The notes beneath the pieces are model-generated. The model was not told where the DNA came from. It made no database searches and saw only the letters and a program-made list of their open reading frames with translations. A stretch of DNA of 64,000 nucleotides from Pedobacter sp. (lineage in GTDB: Bacteria; Desulfobacterota; Desulfuromonadia; Desulfuromonadales; Syntrophotaleaceae): positions 256,001 to 320,000 of the forward strand of contig JBFWJC010000001.1 of NCBI GenBank assembly GCA_050253415.1, written 5' to 3'. The translations under genes were made by a program, and so were the position numbers. Shown one piece after another: positions 27,109-36,992 of the stretch (the first letter of the stretch is position 1; each line of letters begins with the position of its first letter).

Positions 27109-28699
27109 GCTCGCCCTCTTCGTCTGTCGCAGGTTTTGATCCCCAGGCACCGCCACCGGGTGTTTCGATGATGAGTACATCGCCGGAGCGACCGGCCAGG
27201 GAACACTTGCCCGGTAATTCCAGCAGCTCGCCTTCGCGCAGCAGGGTATTGCGCCCGACTTGCCCCGGCGCACCGCCGGCCAGGCCGAAGGGGCCCTGTT
27301 TGCGGCGGTCGCTGATAAGGGTGATCTGGGCGTCGCCAAGCAATTCCAGTTCCTTGATGACCCCGTCGCCGCCCGGGTGGCGTCCGAGACCACCGGAAGC
27401 GTCACGCAGGGCGTAACGTCGCACTCGCAGTGGATAGGCGTGTTCCAGGGCTTCCACCGGGGTGTTGAGAGTATTGGTCATGTGGGTCTGCAGGCCGCTG
27501 GCCCCCGGCCCTTGCGGACCGCCGCCGGCGCCGCCGGCAATGGTCTCATAATAAGCGAACAGGTTGTGGTTGCGCGGATCGCGGCCGCCGATGGTCAGAT
27601 TGTTCATGGTTCCGCAACTGGCTGCCGGAATGCGCTCCGGAAGGGCCTGGGCTAATGCGCCCAGCAGTACATCGACAATGCGCTGAGAGGTTTCCACATT
27701 GCCGCCAGCCACTGCCGCCGGGAAGGTGCAATCGACTACCGTGCCCGGTACGGTCCGTACCGCCAGCGGTCGCATGCAGCCGGCGCTGCCAGGCATATCC
27801 TCCGGTGCCAGCAGACGAAACACGTAAAACACCGCCGACAGGGTGATGGCCCGCACGGCATTGACGCAGCCCGCAACCTGCGGTGCGCTGGCGGAAAAAT
27901 CGAGCTGGGCGCGATTGCCGGCCACCGTGATTTCACAGCGAATCGGTATCGGTCCGTTACCGGCACCGTCATCATCCAACACGTCCTCGAAGCGGTAGCA
28001 ACCATCGGGGATCGCGCCAATAACGGCGGCCATCATACTCTCGCCATAATCGAGCAGGGCCTGGCCGTATCGGGCGGTCTCGGCCAGCCCGTAGCGGTCG
28101 ATGATCTCCAGCAGGCGGCGCTCGCCGACCCGATTGGCGGCTATCTGGGCATTGAGGTCGCCGTGCCGCTCTTCCGGAGTGCGCACATTGGCCAGCACGA
28201 TCGCCAGTAACTCCCTGTCCAGACAGCCCTGACGCACGATTCTGACCGGCGGAATGCGCAAGCCTTCCTGGAAGATTTCGGTCGACAGTGGCAGAGATCC
28301 GGCACTGATACCGCCGATATCGGCGTGATGCGCGCGGTTGGCGAGATAAAATGCCGGCGATGAACCGCCGCAGAAGATCGGCATGACCAGGGTGATATCC
28401 GGCAGGTGGGTGCCGCCGCAGTAAGGGTCGTTGAGCATGACCATATCCCCCGGTGCCAGATCGACATGCCGGATGGCCGCCGCTACCGATAACGGCATTG
28501 AGCCCAGATGGACCGGGATGTGGGCCGCCTGGGCCAGCATTTCGCCGTCGCTGTCGAACAGGGCGCAGGAGAAATCGCGACGTTCCTTGATGTTGGGGGA
28601 GAAGGCGGTACGCTGCAGCACCGCGCCCATTTCCTCGGTGAGAGAGGCGAAGCGGTTTTTCAGCACTTCAAGCCGGATGGGATCGATGGATGTGCTCAT
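27086..28699 (-). CDS. Hydantoinase B/oxoprolinase-family subunit
   Basis: RTAFSPNIKERRDFSCA, PVHLGSM, NDPYCGGTHLPD, AHHADIGG and TPGGGAWG motifs. Confidence 0.9.
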   Translation of the reverse strand: MSTSIDPIRLEVLKNRFASLTEEMGAVLQRTAFSPNIKERRDFSCALFDSDGEMLAQAAHIPVHLGSMPLSVAAAIRHVDLAPGDMVMLNDPYCGGTHLPDITLVMPIFCGGSSPAFYLANRAHHADIGGISAGSLPLSTEIFQEGLRIPPVRIVRQGCLDRELLAIVLANVRTPEERHGDLNAQIAANRVGERRLLEIIDRYGLAETARYGQALLDYGESMMAAVIGAIPDGCYRFEDVLDDDGAGNGPIPIRCEITVAGNRAQLDFSASAPQVAGCVNAVRAITLSAVFYVFRLLAPEDMPGSAGCMRPLAVRTVPGTVVDCTFPAAVAGGNVETSQRIVDVLLGALAQALPERIPAASCGTMNNLTIGGRDPRNHNLFAYYETIAGGAGGGPQGPGASGLQTHMTNTLNTPVEALEHAYPLRVRRYALRDASGGLGRHPGGDGVIKELELLGDAQITLISDRRKQGPFGLAGGAPGQVGRNTLLREGELLELPGKCSLAGRSGDVLIIETPGGGAWGSKPATDEEGEHERSGRG

Positions 28700-30678
28700 G
28701 CCTGCCCCCGTTCCAGAATCAGATTGCAGCGACTGTCGACCAGTGCCCGCCAATCCGGCGCCAGCACATGGGTTGCCGTGTCTTCGACGATCAAGGCCGG
28801 GCCGTGCACACTGCTGCCAACCGCGAGGGCACCGCGCTGGTAGACGGGCCAGGATGTTTCGACCCCCTTCCATACCACGCGGCTGGTGGTCTCGCCAGGC
28901 GTCGAACCGGGGTTACCGCTGGTGTTGGTGAGCTCCGGTTGTGGGCCGCTGCCGATCGCGCGCAGGCGCAAGGTAACGATCTCCAGCTCGCGTCCTTCGT
29001 CGCGAAAGCCGTAGAGGCTCTGATAGCGCTGGTGAAAGGCATCGCGGAAATTGCCATGCAGGGGGATGGTCAGCTCAAAGGATTGGCCTCGATAGCGCAT
29101 GTCCAGGGACCGTTCCAGGCGCAGGGCAGTGCCTGGTACCCCTTCGGCGGCCATGTCGCGGAGGGCGCGCTCTTCCAGGGGTGCGAACAACGCCTCCAGG
29201 GTAACCGGAGAGGTTTCGCCGGAGCGCAGCACCGAGATGGAATAATCGCGGATCACATCGGACAGCACCAGGCCGACGGCAGAAAGCAACCCGGGATGTG
29301 CCGGTATAATGGCTTGCGGAATGCCCAGGGTCTCGGCCAGCGAGCAGACGTGCAGGCCGCCGGCTCCGCCGAACGGCAGCAGGGTAAAATCGCGCGGATC
29401 GTAACCTTTGGCCACGGACACCACCCGCAAGGCACCGGCCATGGTCGCCTCGGCCACCTCCAGCACTCCTTCGGCAAGGCGCCTGGCGGGCAGGCCGGCT
29501 TGCGCGGCAAGTTGCTCAACGGCCTGGCGGCAGCGATCCTCGGCCAGCCGCATGCGTCCGCCGAGAAAACGGTCCGGCAGCAACCGGCCGAGATAGAGAT
29601 TGGCGTCGGTCACCGTCACCTCGAAGCCCTTGCCGTAGCACACCGGACCGGGATCGGCTCCCGCACTTTGCGGTCCGACCCGTAGTGCGCCACCAGCATC
29701 GAGACGGGCGATGGAGCCGCCGCCGGCGCCGACGGTATGAATGTCGATCATCGGCACCTTGACCGGCCATCCGGCCAGCAAGGTTTCGGAGGTTACCGGC
29801 ACCTGCCCGTCGCAAAGCCCGACATCGGTGCTGGTGCCGCCCATGTCAAAGGTAATGATGCGCCCGTAACCGGCGTTGCGGGCGGAGACAAAAGCGCCGA
29901 CCATCCCCGCGGCCGGACCGGACAGGATGGTGCGCACCGCTTCGCTGCCGGCGGTATCGGCGTGGATGGCCCCGCCGTTGCTCTGCATGATGCGCAGCGT
30001 ACGTCCCTGCAGACCCTGCTGCAGGCGCTGCAGGTAGTGCCCCATCACAGGTGAGACGGCAGCGTTGACGGCGGTGGTGGAGGCCCGTTCGAATTCCCGG
30101 TATTCCGGCAACACCAGATGAGATGCCGATACCTGCAGCCCGGCCTCCTGCAGGGCTTGCTGCAAGCTTTGTTCATGCACGGGGTTGGCGTAGGCATGCA
30201 ACAGGCAGAGCGCTACCGATTTGCAACCGCTGGCCAAAACCTGAGCGACCACCCTCTGAATCTCGGCGCCGTTCAGTGGCTCGGCCACGGTGCCGTCGGC
30301 CTGGACCCGTTCGCGCACCTCCACCACCCGCTCGCGTGATACCAGGACTGGTCGCGATGCGGGATGTAAGGCATAGAGCTGCGGGCGGTGCTGCCGTCCG
30401 ATATGCAGGACATCTCCGAATCCCTGCGTGGTGACCAACGCCACAGGTGCACCTTTGCCCTCCAACAGGGCATTGGTGGCCACTGTCGAGCCGTGAAACA
30501 CCAAGGCCTGATCTTCGCCAAGCAGAAAACGGACCCCTTCGAGCACCGCCCGTGACGGGTCGTCGGGGGTGGACGGGAGCTTGTAGGTGAGTACCTCGGT
30601 TCCGTTGACCAGTACCAGATCGGTAAACGTGCCGCCGGTGTCGACGCCGAGCAGACGCAGCTTCGGTTGGTTTGTCAC
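28696..30678 (-). CDS. Hydantoinase A/oxoprolinase-family ATP-binding subunit
   Basis: GVDTGGTFTD, STVATNA, SGPAAG, DMGGTSTD and GAGGGSIA motifs. The stop overlaps the B-subunit start. Confidence 0.92.
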   Translation of the reverse strand: MTNQPKLRLLGVDTGGTFTDLVLVNGTEVLTYKLPSTPDDPSRAVLEGVRFLLGEDQALVFHGSTVATNALLEGKGAPVALVTTQGFGDVLHIGRQHRPQLYALHPASRPVLVSRERVVEVRERVQADGTVAEPLNGAEIQRVVAQVLASGCKSVALCLLHAYANPVHEQSLQQALQEAGLQVSASHLVLPEYREFERASTTAVNAAVSPVMGHYLQRLQQGLQGRTLRIMQSNGGAIHADTAGSEAVRTILSGPAAGMVGAFVSARNAGYGRIITFDMGGTSTDVGLCDGQVPVTSETLLAGWPVKVPMIDIHTVGAGGGSIARLDAGGALRVGPQSAGADPGPVCYGKGFEVTVTDANLYLGRLLPDRFLGGRMRLAEDRCRQAVEQLAAQAGLPARRLAEGVLEVAEATMAGALRVVSVAKGYDPRDFTLLPFGGAGGLHVCSLAETLGIPQAIIPAHPGLLSAVGLVLSDVIRDYSISVLRSGETSPVTLEALFAPLEERALRDMAAEGVPGTALRLERSLDMRYRGQSFELTIPLHGNFRDAFHQRYQSLYGFRDEGRELEIVTLRLRAIGSGPQPELTNTSGNPGSTPGETTSRVVWKGVETSWPVYQRGALAVGSSVHGPALIVEDTATHVLAPDWRALVDSRCNLILERGQA

Positions 30679-30698
30679 GCTATGTGTCCTTTGCCAGA

Positions 30699-31649
30699 TC
30701 AGGGCATTTCAGAAGTTTTATCCAGCTGCTCAACCAGCGCCGTAGCCTGGTGGTGGCCGGGGTGCAGGGCCAGCACCTTGTTCAGGGCTTCGCGGGCGTC
30801 GCTGGACAAGCCGAGCCGCATCCGGCATTCCGCCAGATGCAGCCAGCCTTCGGCATCGCGCGGATTCAATTCCAGAGCCTGGCGATAAGCATCGATCGCC
30901 TTTTGCAGATGGCCGGCCCGTCGGCAGGTCTCGCCCAGCATGAAGTAAGCGGGGGTATAGCGAGGACTGTTGACGGCGGTTTTTTCGAATTGGATGGCGG
31001 CCTCATCCAGATCGCCGTGGCGCAACAAGGCCATACCCAGCTCGAAGCAGGCTTCGGTATAGTCGGGGCTGGCTTGTTCGACTTGCCGGAACAATTGGAT
31101 GGCCCTTGCGTTATCGCCTTGCTGGGAATGAATCATGCCCAGAATAAACAGGGCCCTGGTGTATTTGGGATTGAGCCGGATGGCGTCGTCGAGGGCGGCC
31201 TGGGCCCGTGCCAGATCGGACTGCCTGAGATAGGACAATCCCAGCCTGTAGCAGGTTTCGGCACTGGCAGGATTGACCTGCAGGGCCTGGCGGAAGCTTT
31301 CGACGCTGGCCGCCAGATCACCCAATCCGTACTGGGCCATGCCGAGTTTGAACAGGATGCGGAAAGGTTCACTGGTCTTCGTCAAGGCAGCCCGAAAGGC
31401 TTCGATGGCCCGAGGCAGGTCGCCTTGATCGTAGAGGGCCAGGCCGATATAGTAATGTGCCTGGCTGAAGTCGGAATCCAGCTGCAGGGCTTCATTCCAG
31501 AGTGCCAGCGCCTGGTCGACCTGTCCGCGATGATAAAGGTCGACGGCTTCATCATGCAGGAAGCGGGCGTCACGCTCGAGTTTTGCCCCGCACAATTCAC
31601 AGAATCGGGCCTGTTTCGAAACAACCGCCTCACAACGGGGACAGCGCAT
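30699..31649 (-). CDS. Zinc-ribbon plus TPR-repeat protein
   Basis: N-terminal CPRC...FCELCG followed by multiple 34-aa TPR repeats. Confidence 0.85.
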   Translation of the reverse strand: MRCPRCEAVVSKQARFCELCGAKLERDARFLHDEAVDLYHRGQVDQALALWNEALQLDSDFSQAHYYIGLALYDQGDLPRAIEAFRAALTKTSEPFRILFKLGMAQYGLGDLAASVESFRQALQVNPASAETCYRLGLSYLRQSDLARAQAALDDAIRLNPKYTRALFILGMIHSQQGDNARAIQLFRQVEQASPDYTEACFELGMALLRHGDLDEAAIQFEKTAVNSPRYTPAYFMLGETCRRAGHLQKAIDAYRQALELNPRDAEGWLHLAECRMRLGLSSDAREALNKVLALHPGHHQATALVEQLDKTSEMP

Positions 31650-31711
31650 GGCATCTCCCTTTCAGCCGCCTGGTCTGAATCCGCGTCGGTCACTCCCGGC
31701 ACCCTTGCCCG

Positions 31712-33016
31712 TTATTCCGCCGGGGGTGAGGGTTTTGGAGACCGCCGTGGCCCGCCGCGCCGGCGACGTGGACGGCGGCGAGCGCTGGTTTTGGAAGGAT
31801 CGGAAGCCGGCTTATTTTTTGATGCGATTGCCTGCTGCCAATCGGCCAGTTCATCGAGTTGCTGTTGAGACACTTCACACCAGAGGGCAAAAAACTCCAA
31901 GGCCTTGGGCGTGCCGGGATGGTGTAAAAAGCGTGCTTCCCCCCGTCGACCGCGTCCTCGGTTAAAGCGGAAAAAGCCGATCAATAAATCCCGGGTACGG
32001 GCCCGGGTTCCGTGGGAAATGCGGAAATAGGCGCACAACGGGGTCAGCAGCAGATTGGCCAGCCGCAGGATATCGCTGATCGTGGCGTCATCCGCAGAGA
32101 GCAGGGCATGACGAAAGCGTGCCAGAAACAGGGCGGCCAGCACCAGATGCTCTTCGACCGGCGTTCCGTTACGGGTGCGTTTGTCGATACCTTCGAGCAA
32201 CGCAAAGGTTTCCTCATCGGCCTCGTAGCCGGCCAGCAGATGGGATAACAGACCCATGGCCTGGGCTTCGCGGAACACCGGTCCGGCAACCGCGTGACGA
32301 AAAAGCTCCATGACCTCTTCACGAATGCGTGCCGGGGCCGCCTCCGCTATCAGTGGCCCACGCAGATAAATCGCTTCGCGAATCCCTTCATCGAGGGAAA
32401 ATCCCAACCGCGCGCCAAACTCGAGAGCCCGCAGCATGCGTACCGGGTCTTCGGTGAAACGCACCAGGGGATCGCCGATCACCCGCAGGCGCCGGGCCTC
32501 GAGGTCTTCAAGTCCCCCTATATGGTCGATAATGGAAAAATCGTCGATATTATAGAACAGGCCGTTGATGGTAAAATCGCGCCGGAAGGCATCTTCGCGG
32601 GGTGAACCGAACACATTCTCGGTAAAAAAGAAATGCTCCGCCGGATCGTCGGGCAATTCTTCCGGACGGGGTTGCCGTCGGAACGTCGCGACTTCAACGA
32701 TGTAGTTGTCGGCAAACCGGACATGCGCCAGGCGAAAGCGTCGACCGACCAGGAAGCAGTTGCGGAACAGTTTCCTTACCTCATCCGGGGTGGCATCGGT
32801 CGCCACGTCAAAATCCTTGGGCCGCCGGTCGAGGAGCAGGTCGCGCACCCCGCCGCCGACCAGGAAGGCCTTGAAACCGTTATTGCGCAAGCGGTACAAG
32901 ACCTTGAGGGTGTGTTCGTTAATGTGCTTGCGGGAGATGGTATGTTGCGATCGGGGCAGAATGACGGGGCACCCTTCGCCAGCATCCGTTTCCTTGTCTG
33001 AATCAGTCATAGGCAT
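31712..33016 (-). CDS. pcnB: Poly(A) polymerase I
   Basis: VGGGVRD, PKDFDV, the PAP signature LVGRRFRLAHVRF, RRDFTIN, EDPVRMLRA and a basic C-terminal tail. Start uncertain. Confidence 0.88.
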   Translation of the reverse strand: MPMTDSDKETDAGEGCPVILPRSQHTISRKHINEHTLKVLYRLRNNGFKAFLVGGGVRDLLLDRRPKDFDVATDATPDEVRKLFRNCFLVGRRFRLAHVRFADNYIVEVATFRRQPRPEELPDDPAEHFFFTENVFGSPREDAFRRDFTINGLFYNIDDFSIIDHIGGLEDLEARRLRVIGDPLVRFTEDPVRMLRALEFGARLGFSLDEGIREAIYLRGPLIAEAAPARIREEVMELFRHAVAGPVFREAQAMGLLSHLLAGYEADEETFALLEGIDKRTRNGTPVEEHLVLAALFLARFRHALLSADDATISDILRLANLLLTPLCAYFRISHGTRARTRDLLIGFFRFNRGRGRRGEARFLHHPGTPKALEFFALWCEVSQQQLDELADWQQAIASKNKPASDPSKTSARRRPRRRRGGPRRSPKPSPPAE

Positions 33017-33188
33017 CGGCTCAACTGCTTGAATTTTAATGGAATCATGTTTATTCAAAATGCCGTCCAATTTAACAGAGATTATCCCCAAAGGAAAGCG
33101 CCGATGTGTCCACAGCGTTGCAAAGGTATGTTAAATCACCTATCATGCGTTGAAATCTTTTTGTTCCCCCGATTTAAGGTCGATTACC

Positions 33189-34088
33189 ATGACATGCAAC
33201 CTGCTGGTTATCCTCGGCCCGACCGCTTCCGGCAAAACCCGCTTGGGTGTGGAGGCGGCCCGCGCTCTGGGCGGTGAAATCATTTCTGCCGATTCACGCC
33301 AGGTTTTTACCGGCATGGATATCGGCACCGGTAAGGATCTGTCCGAATACGGCGATATCCCCTATCATCTTATCGATATCTGCGCCGCAGGCAGCGAATT
33401 TTCCGTGTTTGATTTCCAACAACACTTTTGCGAAGCCTATGCCGCCATTCGTCGTCGCAATCGGTTACCGGTACTGGTCGGCGGTACCGGGCTGTATCTC
33501 GATTGTGTGCTGCGCAATTATCGCTTGATCAAGGTACCTGAAAACCCCACGCTGCGAGCAGCGCTGGCGGTGTTGAGCATGGAACAACTGGCGCTGCGGC
33601 TGCAGGCTCTCAAACCGGAGCAGCATAACACCACCGATCTGACCAACCGTGAACGGCTGCTGCGTGCCATCGAAATCGCCGAGGGGGAACTGGCCGCGTC
33701 CGACACAGGTCCCGTTCTGCCAGATTTACGCCCGCTGGTATTCGGGGTGCGCTGGGAGCGGAGCCTGTTGCGGCGCCGTATCACCGAACGGCTCAAACAG
33801 CGCCTTGCCGAAGGGCTTATCGACGAAGTCCAGAACCTGCTGAATGCCGGGGTTCCCCACCGGATGATGGAGCATTACGGTCTGGAATACCGGCTGGTCT
33901 CGCAGCATCTGCAGGGCGAACTGAACCGCAACGACATGTTTCAGAAGCTTAACAGCGCTATCCATCAGTTTGCCAAACGTCAGGAAACCTGGTTTCGCCG
34001 TATGGAACGCCAGGGTGTCGCTATCCATTGGTTGGATGGCGACCGGGAGCCCCTTCAGGTTTTGTTGCAGATATTCAAAAACGCCTGA
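33189..34088 (+). CDS. miaA: tRNA dimethylallyltransferase (MiaA family)
   Basis: GPTASGKT, DSRQV..GMDIGTGK, VGGTGLY and FAKRQETWFR motifs. Confidence 0.85.
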   Translation: MTCNLLVILGPTASGKTRLGVEAARALGGEIISADSRQVFTGMDIGTGKDLSEYGDIPYHLIDICAAGSEFSVFDFQQHFCEAYAAIRRRNRLPVLVGGTGLYLDCVLRNYRLIKVPENPTLRAALAVLSMEQLALRLQALKPEQHNTTDLTNRERLLRAIEIAEGELAASDTGPVLPDLRPLVFGVRWERSLLRRRITERLKQRLAEGLIDEVQNLLNAGVPHRMMEHYGLEYRLVSQHLQGELNRNDMFQKLNSAIHQFAKRQETWFRRMERQGVAIHWLDGDREPLQVLLQIFKNA

Positions 34089-34162
34089 AACCGGCACCGC
34101 CTGTTCGCAACCGTCTGCAATGAGACCGTCACCCCCTAACGACTTTATACAAGATTATCACA

Positions 34163-35497
34163 ATGTCCCTGCCTGTCTCAGTGCAACGCTATCTGGAAAA
34201 AAGAGGTCCCGGAGGTCCGTGGCGCATGGAGGGCGATCCGCGCTGCAACTATCAGGGTGCGGTGATTATCCCGGCGCTGGCTGAAAGCGACAGCCTGTTC
34301 GCCACCCTCGACAGCCTGCAAACCAATCCGGCAGCGTTGCTTGAGCAGTTTTTGCTGCTGGTGGTGGTCAATCACCGGCCGGACGCTGCTGCCGGCGATA
34401 AGCAGGATAACTGTCGGACGTTGAGGAAACTGGCGCAAGCAGCTGCCGGTTTGCCGAATCTGGCCTGGATCGACGCGGCCAGTGAGGGGTTGGAGTTGCC
34501 GCTCAAAACCGGCGGTGTCGGCCTGGCCCGCAAGCTCGGGTTCGACCTGGCGCTGGGACGTCTCGATTGGGCAGGAGCCCAGATCCTGGCGACCCTTGAT
34601 GCCGACACTCTGGTTCGGGACGATTACCTGTCGGCTTTGTGCGAGCATTTCGCGATCAGCGTCAACGGTGGGGCAGTGGTGCCGTTTTGCCATCCGCTTA
34701 CCGGTGATATGGCCGAGCAGCAGGCCATCATCGCCTACGAGTTGTATCTGCGGAGCCATGTTCTCGGCCTGCAACTGGCCGGTTCGCCCTATGCCTTTCA
34801 TACCGTTGGCAGTACCATGGCCTGCCGTGCGCGGGACTATGTGCGTGCCGGTGGCATGAACCGTCGCCAGGCCGGCGAGGATTTCTATTTTTTGCAGCAG
34901 GTGGCCAAGACTTCGGGAATTAGCGAAGTTGCCGGCACCGTTGTGTATCCCTCGGCAAGAATCTCCCACCGCACCCCGTTCGGCACCGGACGCAGCGTCG
35001 CGCAACTGGCCGCGGATACCGATCCCGCAAAGCTATATTACGACCCTCGCTGCTATGATGTCTTGGGTAAATGGCTGCAGATGGTAACAGAATGCTGGCG
35101 CAGCGACGCTCGGGAGTTGCTGATGCGGTCTGCAGCCATCAACGCTGCATTGGAGGATTTTTTAGTCAAAGAAAAGTTTCAGGATGTGTGGCCGGGTCTG
35201 TGCCGCAATCACGGTGACGCCAAAACGCGCCTTGCAGCTTTGCACGGCTGGTTCGATGGATTGAAGACCACCCGTTTGATTCACCACCTGATCCATGCCG
35301 GCTGGCATCGGTTGGCAGCTGCGCAGGCGTTGCCGGACCTTTTTCTGAAAGCCGGGTTGCCCTCGACCAGCGATCCCGAACAACAGCTGATTGTGTTGCG
35401 CAGGCAGCAGATTGGTACGGCTTGTGCTTTTTGCAGGTTGTCTGAGAAATCCAGGTATTGTAGGGTGGGCATATTCCCCTGTTTACCAGAGCGCTGA
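34163..35497 (+). CDS. GT2-like glycosyltransferase
   Basis: VIIPALAE, GVGLARK, LDAD (DxD), AGEDFYFL and SARISHRTPFGTG motifs. Confidence 0.7.
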   Translation: MSLPVSVQRYLEKRGPGGPWRMEGDPRCNYQGAVIIPALAESDSLFATLDSLQTNPAALLEQFLLLVVVNHRPDAAAGDKQDNCRTLRKLAQAAAGLPNLAWIDAASEGLELPLKTGGVGLARKLGFDLALGRLDWAGAQILATLDADTLVRDDYLSALCEHFAISVNGGAVVPFCHPLTGDMAEQQAIIAYELYLRSHVLGLQLAGSPYAFHTVGSTMACRARDYVRAGGMNRRQAGEDFYFLQQVAKTSGISEVAGTVVYPSARISHRTPFGTGRSVAQLAADTDPAKLYYDPRCYDVLGKWLQMVTECWRSDARELLMRSAAINAALEDFLVKEKFQDVWPGLCRNHGDAKTRLAALHGWFDGLKTTRLIHHLIHAGWHRLAAAQALPDLFLKAGLPSTSDPEQQLIVLRRQQIGTACAFCRLSEKSRYCRVGIFPCLPER

Positions 35498-35519
35498 CCT
35501 TTTTGCAAAGAGAGCTGTC

Positions 35520-35879
35520 ATGTCAACGGAAACCCTCTCCCGAACTTCAACACGTCGCAGATACCTGACGTGTCCCTTGTTGGTGGTGCGTCAGAGCGGC
35601 CCCTCCGATTGCAAGATTTTTTTCGGTTACGCCCGCAACATAAGTCGCGGCGGGTTGTATATCAGCACGGTCAATCCCCGGGAGCCGGGTAGCCGTTTCG
35701 AGCTTGAAATCCCTATCCCGCCGCTGGGTCGCTGTGTGACCTGTGTTTGCGAAGTGATCTGGAAGCGCGACTTTACCCACACCTCGCCTTACGATCCCGG
35801 CATGGGCATGCGATTTGTGGATCTGGATGAGAATGTCGCACAGGCCATCGATGCCTGGGTTCTGCAGCAGGAAGGGTAG
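35520..35879 (+). CDS. PilZ-domain protein
   Basis: NISRGGLYI, EVIW and PGMGMRF motifs. Start reassigned to ATG 35520. Confidence 0.8.
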   Translation: MSTETLSRTSTRRRYLTCPLLVVRQSGPSDCKIFFGYARNISRGGLYISTVNPREPGSRFELEIPIPPLGRCVTCVCEVIWKRDFTHTSPYDPGMGMRFVDLDENVAQAIDAWVLQQEG

Positions 35880-35915
35880 CCCGTAACGGACTATGTAGCG
35901 AGCTTGGTTCTCAAA

Positions 35916-36287
35916 TTAGTCCCTGTATTTTAAAGCCATTTTTGCCGCCAGATAGATCTGGGTGAGGCATTTGTACACCCGGCAATCGTGACTTTCCCGC
36001 GCGGATAATGCTTTGACGCAACCGTTATAAATCCCCACCCCTTGCTGGATCAGCGGCTCCTGGCCGTCTTCGATAAATGCGGCAAAAGCCTCCTCATCCA
36101 AGGCGAGGCCGCCATTTGCTTCCTTGATGCACGTCTGCTGAAATTGGGCATCGAAATTTCGCCACAGCTTTTGTGACGCTTCATCGGGCAGTTCTTCCTG
36201 CTGCAGGATCTCCAGCAGATTTGCACCTTCGGGGCTGAGTTGCAATACCGCTTCAATCCGTTGTTGCTCGGTTTGCTGGTCGTTCAT
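35916..36287 (-). CDS. Hypothetical protein
   Basis: AAGGGG RBS before MNDQQT; directly follows the TetR gene. Confidence 0.6.
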   Translation of the reverse strand: MNDQQTEQQRIEAVLQLSPEGANLLEILQQEELPDEASQKLWRNFDAQFQQTCIKEANGGLALDEEAFAAFIEDGQEPLIQQGVGIYNGCVKALSARESHDCRVYKCLTQIYLAAKMALKYRD

Positions 36288-36300
36288 GAATGTTCCCCTT

Positions 36301-36927
36301 TCAGAACTTTTCCTTGGATAAACGCAACCTTTGCAGATAATCATCCACCAGGGCGCTGCCCTGGTCGGCCAATGAAAAGAGGCTTTCATCTATTAACCAG
36401 GAATGGATGATGCCGAGGATCAGGCAGCGAAAGCCGAGAGCAGCCTGCTTGCAATCGAGGTCTGCCGATAGTTTGTCTTCTTGCTGCAGACGGACAAGAT
36501 CTTCCTTGTCCTTTTGTTGCATGCGACAACACTTTTCCTTGAACTGCTCCATAACCGGCTGCAGTTCTTCGGTAAATTCGATCCGAAAAAAGACCAATTC
36601 GAAATAGCGGCGGAATCGCTCGTCCCTTTCCAGATTCAAAAACAATCGCAACAGATTGTCGCGCATATCCGACAGATTGGTGACGGAGAGCAGCAGCAGG
36701 TCTTCAAGGCGGGTCTCGGTGGAGCGCTCGACCTCCTCCTTGATTCCCATGAACAAATCGATCTTATCCTTGAAATGCCAGTAGATGGCACCACGTGTGA
36801 CTCCGGCGCTGAGGGCGATATCCTCTAATGTGGTGCGGGAATAGCCTTTGGCATGGAACAGTTCCAGCGCGGCGTCCAGGATGTCCTGGCGGGTCTGTTC
36901 GGCGTCGGCCTTGGTTTTACGGGCCAT
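36301..36927 (-). CDS. TetR/AcrR-family regulator
   Basis: MARKTKADAEQTRQDILDAALELF...AGVTRGAIYWHFKDK with AGGAG RBS. The upstream part of the 418-aa ORF is spurious. Confidence 0.92.
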   Translation of the reverse strand: MARKTKADAEQTRQDILDAALELFHAKGYSRTTLEDIALSAGVTRGAIYWHFKDKIDLFMGIKEEVERSTETRLEDLLLLSVTNLSDMRDNLLRLFLNLERDERFRRYFELVFFRIEFTEELQPVMEQFKEKCCRMQQKDKEDLVRLQQEDKLSADLDCKQAALGFRCLILGIIHSWLIDESLFSLADQGSALVDDYLQRLRLSKEKF

Positions 36928-36992
36928 TAAATCGTCTCCTGGAATAAACTCGGCGGCGATGCTGCAGCCGCCGGATCGGATCAAGGTTACCG

